Shown here: positions 40,332 through 54,546 of the stretch, piece after piece | Layout of the letters: each line of letters begins with the position of its first letter | Numbering within the stretch: position 1 is the first letter of the stretch | NCBI RefSeq assembly: GCF_009914755.1 | Contig: NC_060935.1 | DNA: 64,000 nucleotides | Reading direction: 5' to 3' (one strand) | From: the human T2T-CHM13v2.0 reference genome, Homo sapiens | The notes under the pieces: generated by a model | Seen by the model: the letters and a program-made list of their open reading frames with translations, nothing else | Told to the model about the DNA's origin: nothing | Database searches by the model: none | Made by a program: the position numbers and the translations under genes

Positions 40332-42239
40332 GCCTCTGCAGGCTGCGGCCTCCACGCGCCCTGTCCCGAGACTCAGCCGGCCCTTCCAGTGGTGGTGGGA
40401 GGGAGGGGAGCAGGGCAGGCGCATGATCCCCATGTCCCACCCCTGGGGCAGGAGCTCAGAGAGGCCTGAGATGGATCGTGCCTTCCCAGACTGACCAGGG
40501 CTGTCCCGTAGAGGCAGCTGGCCATGTGGGGAGATGGAGGGGCCGGCCTTGCAGGTCCATCACCAGGTTCTGGGGTCCCCGGTTGCAGGGAGTGGTCCTG
40601 GGGGTGGGTCTTGCTTTAAGACCTTCTCTGCCTCCAATTCCTTATAAATATGCCTGCAGGAAGAGCTGGGTAAGCCAGAGGACTCAGGTGGAGGTGCCAC
40701 AGAGACAAATGTGACCTCATCACAAGCTGGCCCTGTTACCAAAGGCCACGTCCTGTCTCAGCTCACCACCCTCATAACTAGTCTCCTCCTGCCTCCCAAG
40801 GGACGAGATAAGTGCCGATGGCTGTCCTGATTTCTCCAGAGCAGACCCCTGGGAAGGGTCTCAGGACGCACTTGTGAGGCTGAGTTGACAAGCCAGACGC
40901 ACTTGGCTCTGGTTGACCCTCTGCACACTCTCTAACGGTCTGAACAGTTAGGGCACAATGATCCCTGCCTCCCTCCCTCAGCAGGATATCATGTAGGGGA
41001 CAATTTAGGGGACAAGCCAAGGCACCCATCAATGCCCTCTGTTCATCTGTTCCTGCAAGTGTGTGGCTGGGAAGTGCCCAGGAAGGCTGACAGGGCAGGG
41101 AAGTTGATTTGAGGCCAAGCATCCAGTGCTCCTGCTCCACCTCCGTAGCACGTTAGCCGTGATGCCAGTGACTTAACCCACAGCTTGGGGAAGCTCAAAG
41201 GCTCCACATTCGAGCCTCTTGGGGGAAATTCGGCAAACACCCATGTCCAAGTTCCACACTGTATTTCCTGGGATCGTTCCAGCAGATCGTGGATTGCAGC
41301 GAGGGCTGCTGACTGCATGCGGAACTGTGAGATGGAAGGGACTGTGGGCGGCAGCTCCAGGGAGGAGCATCGAACCAGATATCGTCTCTGGGAGGCTGGG
41401 CCTGGTGATGTGGCAGCGTCTTGCTCCCTGAGAGGTGATGGGTATGCTAGGGATGCTCGCTCAGGGAACGTGGGCCAAGTCCTCTGAACACGAAGCTCGC
41501 AGAGGGGGTGATTCCTGTGAATTCTGAAAGGACTTGGGGGCGTCCAGCAAGAGCAGGAGCTTAGATGGTGGTTCCAGGGCTGGTGTTGCTGACTGGGACG
41601 AGTGGACCCCCAGGGTGGGCATGGAGTGGGGCACTGGCTGGGAGCCTCTGCCTTGCTGTGTCCTGGCTGAATGAACCCAGGTGAGGACCAGAAACGCTGT
41701 TATCACTGTTTCTGCGGCACCCGATACACTCACCTATGCCAAGGAAATTTTTTTTTTTTTTTTGGTTTCTACAGGACTTGCTGTGCTCAGATCCTCCATT
41801 CAAGAGAGCTACAGACACGGGGGTGCTGGTGAGCAGGAGCCGAGACCATCTGGGGTGGGACCGACCAAGAGTTTGAGGTGTCCAGGGGGTGACGTGAAGA
41901 TGACCTATTGCAGAGGGTCCCTTCTCATTCACGCTCTGAAGTCTGCACAGGGGCAGGGGCTACCGTGCTCCATTTCAGTTTGGCCTCTGTTGTATCAGCC
42001 AGAGGCCAGCAGAACTCTATGGTCACTCCCCCGTGTCACGGACAATTTGCCACCTCCACCGGCAGCCCAGGGCTCTGCCTGAATATTCTCGCCTGATCGT
42101 AGGATTGTGGGGAGGGATATTCTCATTGATCTCTAAGGAAAATATTGTTCGCTTTTTAAAAACATGATCTGGTACCATTTCATTGATCTCTTTAAGGAAG
42201 AAAAATCACATGGTTGTCATGAGCATGTACCGACAGAGC

Positions 42240-42345
42240 TAGGAGGGCCAGCTGTTCCGGGTTGCCCAGGGCTGTCTTGTTTTTAAAATGGAAAGTTCGA
42301 TGTCCTGGAAAACCCCTCAGTCCTGGGCAAACCAGGTCACGCTGG
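42240..42345. mobile_element. MER94-like hAT MITE (similar copy near 47095-47178)
   Basis: ccgggttgcccagggctgtcttgtttttaaaatggaaagttcgatgtcctggaaaacccctcagtcctgggcaaacc. Confidence 0.55.
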
Positions 42346-42371
42346 ATAGAAGGAGTTAGACATTCATATGA

Positions 42372-42816
<445 letters not shown>

Positions 42817-43194
42817 TCAGAATCCTGGGACTTCTGCTGGAGCCAGGGGTCAGAACAGACTCCTCTACTGGGACTGCCTGGCAGGGAGGACAGACGCTCA
42901 AGGCGGCCCCATGAGAACACAGCCACCTGGAAAAATGGTGGAAGGGAAGATTCTGCCAACCTCCTCCGACTCCCTATCTCAGTTACACTGGTCCATAATT
43001 TCTTTTCTTTTTCTTAAGTCTGTTTCATTGGTTTCTGTTCCTGGAAAATGGACACAATTCTGATGAATTCATGTATTCTGCATCCACGTGTCAGCATCTC
43101 CAGCCTTGTGACGCAGTGCCTGGCTCAGAACAGGCAATCAGGCCATGGCATCTGAATGAATGAGAGGGTGTGCCCTGGCCGTATCTCAGGCAGC

Positions 43195-43690
43195 AGATGC
43201 ATTCAGCTGCAGGTAACAGACACGTAGACAAACAGTGGCTTAAAAAAGAGAGGCTTTAAAAGTATTTTGTTTTTCTTTCTTCACGTAGCAAGAAGTCTGG
43301 CATTTGGCATTCCCAGGCTGTGGCGTGACAGCTTTGTGAAGTTATCAGGGTCTCAGACCCTGACATATTTCTGCTCTGCTACCCTCAGCATGTAGATTTG
43401 ATCTTCACGGCTACAAGAAACCTGCTGCTACTGCAGGCATCTTACACGAGTTCCAGGCAGGAAGAGAAAGGAAAGGGTGACAGAGACAGAAAGCAATGTC
43501 CCCAGATACCCTTAGTTTTCCATCTCATAAGCCAGAATGATGTCACGTGGCATCCCTGGATGCACAGGAGGCTGAGAGATAGTGGCGTTTGTTAGCTGGT
43601 CTCCTAGCCATCCTGAATGCCAAGTTTGTTATAAAGAAACAGAGGCAAAATGGCGATCAGGCAGGCAACTGGGTGGTCTCTGCCACGGGC
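43195..43690 (-). mobile_element. MLT1J/K-type old MaLR LTR
   Basis: attcagctgcaggtaacaga...aacagtggcttaaa...; catctcataagccagaatgatgtcacgtggc. Confidence 0.6.
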
Positions 43691-44088
43691 CCCTTGGCCA
43701 TTCTTTGTAATGATGGTCTTTGTCTTGGACCCTATTTTGGATATTTGGGCACCTTTGTGGTACCCTTATGTGCTGGTTTTGCTGTTGTCTGCCCTTCAGG
43801 AATAGCAGCTGAGTCAAGCTGTCCTTGGCTGCTCCAATCTGGAGTCAGAGGTTGGAGATTTCCATGGCTCCCCATGGCTCCTTGGGGCCTCCTAAGAAAA
43901 TGTTTTAATAAGGAAGTCCAAGGCTGAGACAGACATGCTCCTTCTTAGAGACACATGGGAACATGCCTCTGCTCACAGCTGGTAGCCACAGATGTAAACC
44001 GTAGCCCATGGAACGGAGACAGTGAAGAATTGATGGATAAATGAATAATGATGATGGACAGCAGATGTATAAAAGGCATAAAAGGATA

Positions 44089-44425
44089 GTGTTAGGGCTG
44101 GAATGTCTTCCCCCCAATTCATATGTTGAACCTTTAATGCCTAATACTTCAGAAAGAGACTGTGTTTGAAGATATGGTCTTTACAGAGGGAATAAAGTTA
44201 AAATAAGGTCATTAGGGTGAGCCCTAATCCAAAGGATGGGTGTCCTAATCAGAGGAGGAGATTAGGACCCAGACACACACACACACACAGAGCCAGGTGA
44301 GGACACAGGGAGAAAATGGCCACGTACAAGCCAAGATGAGAGGACTCAGGAAGAACCAGCCGACTCCACCCTTCAAAACTGTGAGAACATAGATGTCTGC
44401 TGTTTGAGCCACCCTGTCTGCAAGC
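44089..44425 (+). mobile_element. MLT1A-type MaLR LTR
   Basis: tgttagggctggaatgtcttcccccaattcatatgttgaac ... aggtcattagggtgagccctaatcc. Confidence 0.8.
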
Positions 44426-44639
44426 AGTCAGCAAGCATTCATTGAGTGCTTGCAGTATTCAAGGCACCACAGATACAATGTTGAATAAGGCAAAGCACCT
44501 GCCCTCAGGTAGCTTGCAGTCAGGGAGGTAAGGGTAGTGGGCAGAGAGACCTGGAAACAGATATTAGACCTGCACTAAGCATGTGTGGTTATTGAACAGT
44601 AAAAATGCCACCACAAATTGCGATATGATGTAAGTAAAA

Positions 44640-45310
44640 TGCGTACTGGCTATTGAAGACTTGGCACAGAAAAATAATGTAAAATCTCATTAGTAATGGT
44701 TTTATATTGATTACGCATTGAAATAATACTATTTTGGACAGATTGGGTTAAATAAAATATTAAATTTGATTTCGCCTGTTTCTTTTATTTTCATTACTTA
44801 TTGGCCATGATATTTAACTTTTAACTTTTATTTTAGATTCAGTGGTACATGTGCATGTTTGTTATACAGGTAAACTCATGGGGGTTTGGTGTACAGATTC
44901 TTTGTCACCTGAGTACTAAACTTAGTACCCAAGAATTATTTTATCTGATCCTCTCCCTCCTCCCACCTTCCACCCTCAAGTAGGCCCCAGTGTTTGTTGT
45001 TCCCCTTTATGTGACCATGTGTTCTCACAAGTGAGAACATGTGGTATTTGGTTGTCTGTTCCTGTGTTAGTTTGCTATGGACAATGGCCTCCAGCTCCAC
45101 CCATGTTCCTGCAAAGGACATGATCTTATTCTTTTTTATGGCTGAATAGTATCCCATGGTGTATATGTACCACTTTTTCCTTATCCAGTCTACCATTGAT
45201 GGGCATTTAGGTTGATTCACCTATTCCTTTTAATAGGTCTTAATATGGCTAGTAGGAAATTTAAAATCACATAGGTAGCTTATATTATTTTTGTTATGGA
45301 CAGTGCTGTG
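44640..45310 (-). mobile_element. MER33/Charlie-like hAT fragment split by an L1PA 3' end (~44815-45220, minus)
   Basis: ttttggacagattgggttaaataaaatattaa...cctgtttctttt resumes after the L1 as cacctattccttttaat...tggctagtagg...ggacagtgctg; L1PA 3'UTR motifs lie between. Confidence 0.75.
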
Positions 45311-45401
45311 CTGGACCTTCATAATGCAGTAAAAGGGTGGTGGGTGAATGCATGGTGTGTTACAGGAACGCAGGAGGGAGCTTCTTGGAGGAGGTTCTTA
45401 G

Positions 45402-45533
45402 TCCATTTATGCCTGAGGTTGCCGTTTTTTAAATTTTTGCAATCAGACCTTGGTGATGACCTTGAGCAGTAGGATATATAAATAACTCCCACATGCTCAG
45501 CATTCCAATAATGGAACACTAGGCATAAATGGG
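45402..45533 (-). mobile_element. MER85, piggyBac (PGBD3)-derived MITE
   Basis: TIRs tccatttatgcct / aggcataaatggg; degenerate TTAA sites (ttag, ttga); internal sequence matches the recalled MER85 consensus (gcaatcagaccttggtgatgaccttgagcagtaggat). Confidence 0.9.
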
Positions 45534-45549
45534 TTGAGTGATAATGTTT

Positions 45550-46625
45550 GGACTGCAAACCAGAACCTATGAGATGCAGCTAAAGCAATTCTTGAAGGGA
45601 AAGTTATAGCCTTAAATATTCATATTAACCAATAGAAAGAATGAAAACATATGGATTAGGCATATGGCTCAATATATTGAACATAATAGAAAAAACTAAG
45701 AAAAACAGAAGGAAGAAATAAAGATAAGAGAGGAAATATATGCATTAAGAAGCAATAGAATTAACAAATGTACCCAAGTGCCAGATTTTTCAGGGGCATA
45801 AAAAAGGATGCTGTTAGTCAATCCTATCAAGAAAAAAGAAGAAAACATAAATGAAATAAAAGTCTATGGGGAAAACAACCGCAGAGACATAAAATGGCAA
45901 ATAACCACAGGAAACTGGCACTGGGATACATAAAAGATTTTGAGACTTTGAAAACATAGAAAATATAATTTATTTAAAAAAAGACTCCAAAAGAGATGTA
46001 AAGTCTAAACAAATTGATTACCATAGAAGAAATAGAAAGTTGTCAAAGTCGACTTTCCTTAAAAAAAAAAAAAAAAGCATCAGGCCTAGAATGTTTTATA
46101 GGAGGATCCAACCACACCAAAAACGAACAGGTAATTAAACACTATTTAAACTGTTCTAAAGCATAAAAGAAGGAATATTTTTAACTTCTTTTTATGTAAC
46201 AAGCATATCATTGATGCCAAGATCCATCATAGATGGCATGGAAAGAGAAAACACACACCAGTGTTGTTTGGGAACATTGATGTAAAAATATTAAGTCCCT
46301 GAATTAAGCAGCACATTAGGGGAGTAAATCATTGCAACAACTGAGCGGAATGGATTCCAGAAATGCAAGGATGGTTGGGTATTAGAAAAACAATTAGAAA
46401 AGAGGAAGAAATCAGAGGTGCAAACACTGGGAAGGAAAATCATTATTTACAGAGAGATGGATGATTTTCTTGGAAAATGGAAGAGAGTCAACCAGAAGCA
46501 ATTGCAAATGCTAATACCAGAATTCAGTCAAGTGAGTGGGTCTAGATCAATACAGAGAAACCATACACACAGCAATCCACTAGATGAGAAGCATGAAAGA
46601 CCCCATTTATAAGAGCAACATAAAG
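45550..46625 (+). mobile_element. Highly diverged L1M ORF2 fragments
   Basis: A-rich; gatgcagctaaagcaattcttgaagggaaagttatagc, ccagaaatgcaaggatggtt. Confidence 0.65.
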
Positions 46626-47201
46626 AGCAGAAACATGGTTGGCCACTGTGGGTGATCAAGTTAGGGCTCACAGTGATTTCCTTTAGTCTGTTTTCATGTG
46701 CAATCGCCATGGGTGCTGTAGACAAGATTTATTATGGACACGAGACCCTGACAGTGTTGAGGCTGGTGGAGAAGCCCACACAAAGCTGGTGTTTGGCCTG
46801 GGGGCCCAGGTGACCTGCAGGGGAAGCTGGTGGCTTTGCCATGTTGCTGAGACTAGGAGGCCTAGATAAGCTAGAGGAACAGCCTCGTTGGAGGGGCTGT
46901 GGCCAGGGACCACTGTGGGCTGGGGACTCCACTTGGACTGTCAGAGCACAGAAGCTGACTCTCCTTCCCCACGGCTGCCAAGTCCTGTGCTCCTGGACCT
47001 GTCACTACCGTGGAGCCAAGAAGACACAGAAAAAAGCCATCACATTTTTTGCGGGTGGCGATGGTGGGTGCCTCCATATAGGGTGAGTACTTGGGGTGGA
47101 GGGGTTCCCTGGGCCATGGGACTTTCAACACTAAAATGGGGAGGGTCGTGGCCACATTGGGATGGCTGGTCATCCTGTTTATAGGACAGGATGTAGTAAA
47201 G

Positions 47202-47748
47202 TGTAGTAAAGAATCTGACCCAAAGAGAAGTCTAGTCTTTGTCCTTGGTTCCTGGGAGGGGATCTCCAGGCCCTCGGGATGTCCTGCTTGAGAAGAGCAT
47301 CTTTGTTTGCCTGTCATGAGGGGAAATTTGGGTCACGTGGTCTCCTTTTGACCTCTGGAGGGGCAGAAAACTAAAGGTCAGTCACTTGGGCATCAGTGCA
47401 TCATGCCCACGTGATCATGATCAAGCCCCAGTAAAAACTCTGGACACCAAGGCTCCGGGGACATCTGCTTGGCAATACTCGACGCATCTCATCACGCACC
47501 ATTGCTGGGAGGAATTCATGCGGTCCATAACTCCACTGGGAGAAGGAGATTGGAACTTCCTTGCACTCTGCCCCATGCATGCCTTCCCTTGGCTGATTTT
47601 AATCCTTTCACTGTAATAAACCATAACTGTAACCATTACAACTTTCAGTGGGTTGTTGAAATGGAGGATGATGAACTTGAGGACCCCTGAACTTCCAATT
47701 GCTGTCAGAAGTGAGGGTGGTCCTGGGGACTGTTTCCTAATTTCTGCA
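47202..47748 (+). mobile_element. MER21-like LTR
   Basis: ccccagtaaaaactctggacaccaaggctc, cccttggctgattttaatc...tgtaataaaccataactgt, tgtcagaagtgagggtggtc. Confidence 0.7.
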
Positions 47749-48169
47749 TCTTCATTCTCTGTTTCTCCTTCTCTTTCTCCTCCTCTTCCTTGAAAACTGC
47801 AGAAGGATATACCATGAGCAAGGATTCTGCCTCCCCCAAGTCATCTCATCTCCCTCCATCAATGCAGCCCGAGCTGCCTGTTTCTTGTGTCTCATCCAGA
47901 GATATCCCGTGTGCTTCCAGGCAAATGCAAATGTCTTCTCCCACCAACCTCATTTTCTCCCATAATTAATAGCATGTTGTGCATACCCTATCCTTATTGC
48001 CCCATATGAATTTTTTGTGGATTTTCTAGTTTTCCTGTAATGAGCATGCATTTTTTAAAAATGAAGAAACAAGTGGGTTACACAGATTGGAAAGTATAGT
48101 GAGCAAGGCTCTAAGAAATGAGTAGTTAAGGGTAGTAGTAGTAAGCTTAGGGAGCTGTTGTTCCCTTAC

Positions 48170-48447
48170 GTTTTGAGACAGGGTCTTGCTCTGTTGCCCA
48201 GGCTGAGTGCAGTGGTACAATCATGGCTTACTGCAACCTCTGCCTCCCAGGCTCAAATGATCCTCCTGTCTCAGCCTCCCAAGTAGCTGAGACTATAGAT
48301 GTGCACCACTGTGCCTGGCCAATTGTTTTTTTTGGTAGAGATAGGGTCTTGCAATGTTGTCCAGGCTGGTCTTGAACTTCTGGGCTAAACAATACACCTG
48401 CCTTGGCCTCCCAAAGTGCTGGGATTACAGGAGTGAGCTATCACACC
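48170..48447 (-). mobile_element. AluJ-like element
   Basis: Diverged antisense Alu. Confidence 0.9.
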
Positions 48448-49251
48448 AAGGGGTGAGGTGGACTGAGGCCAGGCAAAGGTGAGCTGTGGGCCCTCGGTCC
48501 TGGGCACGGATCTCATCACTAGGAATTCCTCCTCCCCATTCCCCCACCAAAGGGGCCACAGCCCCGGGAAAGGGGTGGCTCTTCTGGGTCCCCAGACTGC
48601 TCCCAGCCTTTCCTCTGTGGAGGCAGGTATGTGAGAAAGGATGCAGCCAGGCAGGTGCAACACACCTGGGCAGCCCGTGGCTGTGGCCATGGCCATGGCC
48701 GGTCTGCATGTGGAGGAAAAGATGGTGAGGTGAGACCCTGAGAAACAACTCCCTGATCTCATCCACCTCTCCCCTCCTAGGCGGGACGAGATGGATGCAC
48801 CCTCTGCCGCAGCCACCTCTTCTGCAGGTGCCCGGCTTCTCCAGACTTGCTATTTTGGAGGGGCAGGTCAGTGGGAACGACCGACTGCCTTGCATCTCAG
48901 CCACTCGTGGGCCTCAGAGTGTGGGCAGGGGCAGCTGCAGCCCTCTCGAGCCTCTCACTCCCTGCTTGGCCTCTGTAAGCCTGTCCGGGAGCAGCTCACA
49001 GAGCCCCTGTGGTGGAGATGAGTCACTTGTTCTAAAAATAAAAGAAGTGAAGTCATGAAATAGTGTATTTCCTTTTTAAGCCCGATGTGCCTGCAGGGGG
49101 ATCCCCAGCAGTGTGCTGGCGGCAGGGACCCTGACAAGGTCTGGAGCCTCAGAGCGCACCTGCCCCCACTTACAAGCCCCGGCCTCGGGGATTGGGTGGA
49201 GTGTCCCCTGCCTCCAACGGCTCCCAGATGAGTGAGTAAAAGATGGCACGT

Positions 49252-49597
<346 letters not shown>

Positions 49598-50557
49598 TTA
49601 GGCTGTAAGAGAGGGCAGAGTGCCCTGGAACACACACAAGGGAAGGAGCGCTGCTCTCTCTTGGGGTCTGTGGGAGGCTTTCTGGAGCAGGTGTCCCTAG
49701 AGGTAGGACTGGGGGGACTCTGCTAGGCTGGTAGGAAGGGAACAGCATTCCAGGCAGAAGGAACGGTGTGAGCAAAGGCCTGGAGGCTACAGAGCTCCCG
49801 GCAAGCTCAGGACATGATCCTCTGTAGGTCTCCCCAGACCACCTGGGGAGCTGGTGACACGTGCAGATTCCCAGGCCCGAAGACCAGCTGGACTCCAAGA
49901 GCAGGGCCCAGGAATATGACTAATAATTCCCCTGCCTGATTCCCATACCCTGCAAAATTTGAGACCCTCTGGTTCAGATGCTAGTGCATAGAGGAGGGGA
50001 TGAAGAGACGTACGATGGCAAGGCAGGTTGGGTCCAAATTGTGAGGGTTTTGAGGGTTGTTTAGGAGTTTGGATTTTGGTGTACAGGCAGGAGGGGGCTA
50101 TCAAGGGTGTTTAAGTAAGGGAGTGCTGCTCCTGGACCTGCTCCTGAGAATGGCTCCTGGGAGTGATGTAGGTGACTGATTGATGGGGTGGGACGAAGCT
50201 GGGCAGAGGCTTGGGTAGCTGGGACTGTAACAGTTATGTGAGAGGAAGCGGGAATCTGAGAGAGTTGCCGGGGCAAAATGTAGGCCCCCAGCCCCTGGTT
50301 CAGGGGACAGCCCAGGGATAGTCACCAGGGATCCAGTGATGTGTGTGTGTGGAGTGTGAGCAAAAGAGGGGGAATTACATGCTTGTTACCAGAAGTGGGG
50401 TCAGAGATGGGGAGAGAGAGAGCAGTTCTGGGTCCTGGAGCAGCAGGGCAGAGGGGTTCTGGAGATGCCAAGTGCTCAGGGCACAGAATGGGGCCCGGAT
50501 GCTTGATGGGGGTATGGGGAAGTCCTTAGAGAAAACAGAGCCCAACAGTGGGCTTCA

Positions 50558-51578
<1,021 letters not shown>

Positions 51579-51729
51579 ACTCATAGAGACTGGGGTGCCA
51601 GTTACGGAGTTGTGGAGTGCTAGCCCAGAGCTTTGTGAGCCGGGAATGTGGTGGGGTGAGAGAGGGCTTGGCCAAGCTCGGCTGGGATTGCATGGGACAT
51701 GGGTCTTGCTGGAAGGCAGTGACTGGTGT

Positions 51730-53306
51730 CTGCATCTCTCCTTTGAACTCCGGAGGTGGGAAGCTGGCTGGAGCCGTCCCCAGGGCAGAAAGAGGAGAAA
51801 GGGCATCAGTGAGCCCCTGTGCTGCCCTGTTAGGGGTGGCTAAGCGTGGCTAAGATTCTGCTTTTCCTGTAGGGAGGAGTTATTGTCTCCATTGTTAAGG
51901 ATGGCAAAGGGAGAGTCCATGGATTGCAGGTGATGCAGGCAGCAGATGGAGGAGAATGAAGCTATTATCTGTTCTGAGCCTCTTTTGTTACACAGCTTCA
52001 TCTAGTCCCTGACCCATGCACCCTTCTGGGAAACCTACCTCTAACCTCCTCACTCATAAGACAGACACAGGCTGCCCCACCTCCAAAAGTCTGGAAACAC
52101 CGAGGACACACGGACAGCCTTTGTGTTGTCTAGAAGGCAGCTCTTTTCCCCAAATGCCTGTCCTCCCTTCCCTGGAATCCTTCTGAGGCTAGGACCCACA
52201 ATGATGGCCTGGCCCAGCACCCCATCCTCCGCCTCCTCAAAAGCATTTGCTGCCTGTCGGGAACACAAATCCCTGTGACCTTTGGCTGTTCCTGTCATGT
52301 CCTCAGAAGGACAGAAATTAGCAGGGGAATCAGGCAGTGAAAAATGGCCACCCTCTCCCCCCACTCCCTCTTCTCACAGTCAACAGCAGGGCAGGACGAG
52401 GGCTTGGGCTTGGCTGCTATCAGGCATCTATATGGGGTGTCTTTATGGGTGGGAGGGGGTTTCACAATCCACCTTTTGTAAAGCCTTCTGCTCATGGGAG
52501 TTTGAGGTAAGCTGAGGTGGGCTGGAGCTGGCATGGGCAGGGGGCAGGTGATGCCATCTCCCAGGTGCCCTGAGGCCTCAGGCCTGAGTGAGCTGTCCCC
52601 AGCAGCCCAGGCCATCCCAGCAGTGATCTTAACATTGGCGGCAGCAGGTTCCTCAAGACGTCCTTCCTGATGTCTTCACCCACATCCCCAGGTCCCCCCT
52701 CACCCAGCCCCCAGTGTGATGGTTAATACCGAGTGTCAACTTGATTGGATTGAAGGATACAAAGTATTGATCCTGGGTGTATCTGTGAGGGTGTTGCCAA
52801 AGGAGATTAACATTTGAGTCAGTGGGCTGGGAAAGGCAGACCCACCCTTAAACTGGATGGGCACAATCTAATCAGCTGTGCCAGCGAGGCTAGAATATAA
52901 ACAGGCAGAAAAATGTTAAAGGAGAGACTGGCCTAGCCTCCTAGCCTACATCTTTCTCCTGTGCTGGATCCGTCCTGCCCTCGAACATCGAACTCCAAGT
53001 TCTTCAGTTTGGGAACTCAGATTGGTTCTCCTTGCTCCTCAGCCTGCAGACGGCCTATTGTGGGACCCTGTGATTGTGTGAGTTAATACACTCCCATGTA
53101 GATATATTCCATCAGTTCTGTCTCTCTAGAGAACCCTGACTAATACACCTGGTATCCGGCGGGTGCTCACTGTGACAGTGTGGACAGCTGCCTGATTGCA
53201 GTCTTGAGCACCTGTCTTTCTGATGCCCTTTCTCCTCTTTCTGCCCTGGGGGCGGCTCCAGCCAGCTTCCCACCTCCAGAGTTGGAGTTCAAAAGGAGAG
53301 ATGCAG
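51730..53306. repeat. Inverted repeat pair, arms 51730-51809 and 53220-53306
   Basis: Arms are near-identical reverse complements; both give the peptide MPFLLFLPWGRLQPASHL on opposite strands in the ORF track. Confidence 0.93.
52715..53147 (+). mobile_element. MLT2A1/A2 (HERV-L) solo LTR
   Basis: tgtgatggttaataccgagtgtcaacttgattggattgaaggatacaaagtattgatcctggg ... ctagagaaccctgactaataca. Confidence 0.92.
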
Positions 53307-53721
53307 CCAGCTCCTTCCCAGCCAGCAGATGGGCCAGGGGCCAGCGGAAGGGGAGGGAAAATCCTCGGACATGTGGCCTGGCATTTTGAACTCCCTGCAC
53401 TTTGTGGGAAAAACAGGCAGTACAAGAGTAATATTCACCTAGAAGTAGAAAGTCAGGGCCGAGGGAAAAAAGCAGCTACGTTAGGAAGGCGAGTCCAGGG
53501 ACAGATACGTTACCCACCAGGTCCTTCATGATTGCTGTAGCCAAGCTGCAAGTTCCTGGCGGCCAATGGGAGCGTGGAAAGAAGGAAAGGTTTAAGGTTC
53601 TCGTGGCCATTGGAGAAAATACTTTAGCTGCTCAGGAAGAGTAAATCTTTCCCTAGCTCTCATTTGTGAAAGAAATTTTCCTTAAGGGGCTTCACCTACA
53701 AGTCATCGGGAGTAACGGTGA

Positions 53722-54546
53722 TTGGATTGGTCAGTGTTCTCAAGAGAAGCTGAACCCACAGGATGTGCTGATATACAGACAGAGATTTGTGATAAGGAAT
53801 TGGCTTGAACCATGTTGGAACTGGCAAGTCCAAAATCCACAGGATGAGCCAACAGGCTGGAGAGTGAGGAGAACCGATGCCATGGTTCTAGTCTGAAGGC
53901 TGTCTGTGGTAGAAGCAGGTGGAGCTGACCTCACAGATGGAGCCTGAAGGCCTTCTGCAGCAGAATTCTCTCTTGCATTTGGGTTCTAATCAGGCCTTCC
54001 ACTGATTGGGTAAGGCCCACCCACATTAGGGAGGGCACATTGCTTTACTGAACATCCTTCAGTTTAAATGTTCATCTCATCCAAAACACCCTCGCAGAAA
54101 CACCTGGAATCATGCTTGACCAAATATCTGGGCACCCTGTGTCCCATCCAGGTTGCATTAGTCTATGTTCATGCTGCTAATAAAGACAGTACCCAAGACT
54201 GGGTAATGTATAAAGAAAAAGAGGTTTGATGGACTTACAGTTGCACGTGGCTGGAGAGGCCTCATTATCATGGCAGAAGGCAAAGGAGGAGCAAAGTCAC
54301 ATCTTGCATGGCGGCAGGCAAGAGGGAGCATGTGCAGGGGCATTCCCCTTTGTAAAACCATCAGATCTTGTGAGACTTATTCACTATCATGAGACCAACA
54401 TGGGAAAAGCCTGCCCCCATGATTCAATTACCTCCCACCAGGTCCCTCCCATGACATATGGGGATTATCACAATTGAAGGTGAGATTAAGGTGGGGACAC
54501 AGAGCCGAACCATATCACATGTTGACACATAAAATTAGCCACGACA
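53722..54546 (-). mobile_element. Older MLT2-type ERVL LTR interrupted by THE1
   Basis: taaggaattggct...ggcaagtccaaaatc; gtttaaatgttcatctcatccaaaacacc...; resumes as gttgacacataaaattagccacgaca. Confidence 0.8.
54154..54517 (-). mobile_element. THE1 solo LTR nested in MLT2
   Basis: tgcattagtc...gctaataaagac ... gtggggacacagagccgaaccatatca; near-TSD caggt/catgt. Confidence 0.9.

Noticed and set aside
40643-40650. TATAAATA box downstream of the SMIM38 stop
   Set aside because: No other promoter evidence; it probably lies within the 3'UTR.
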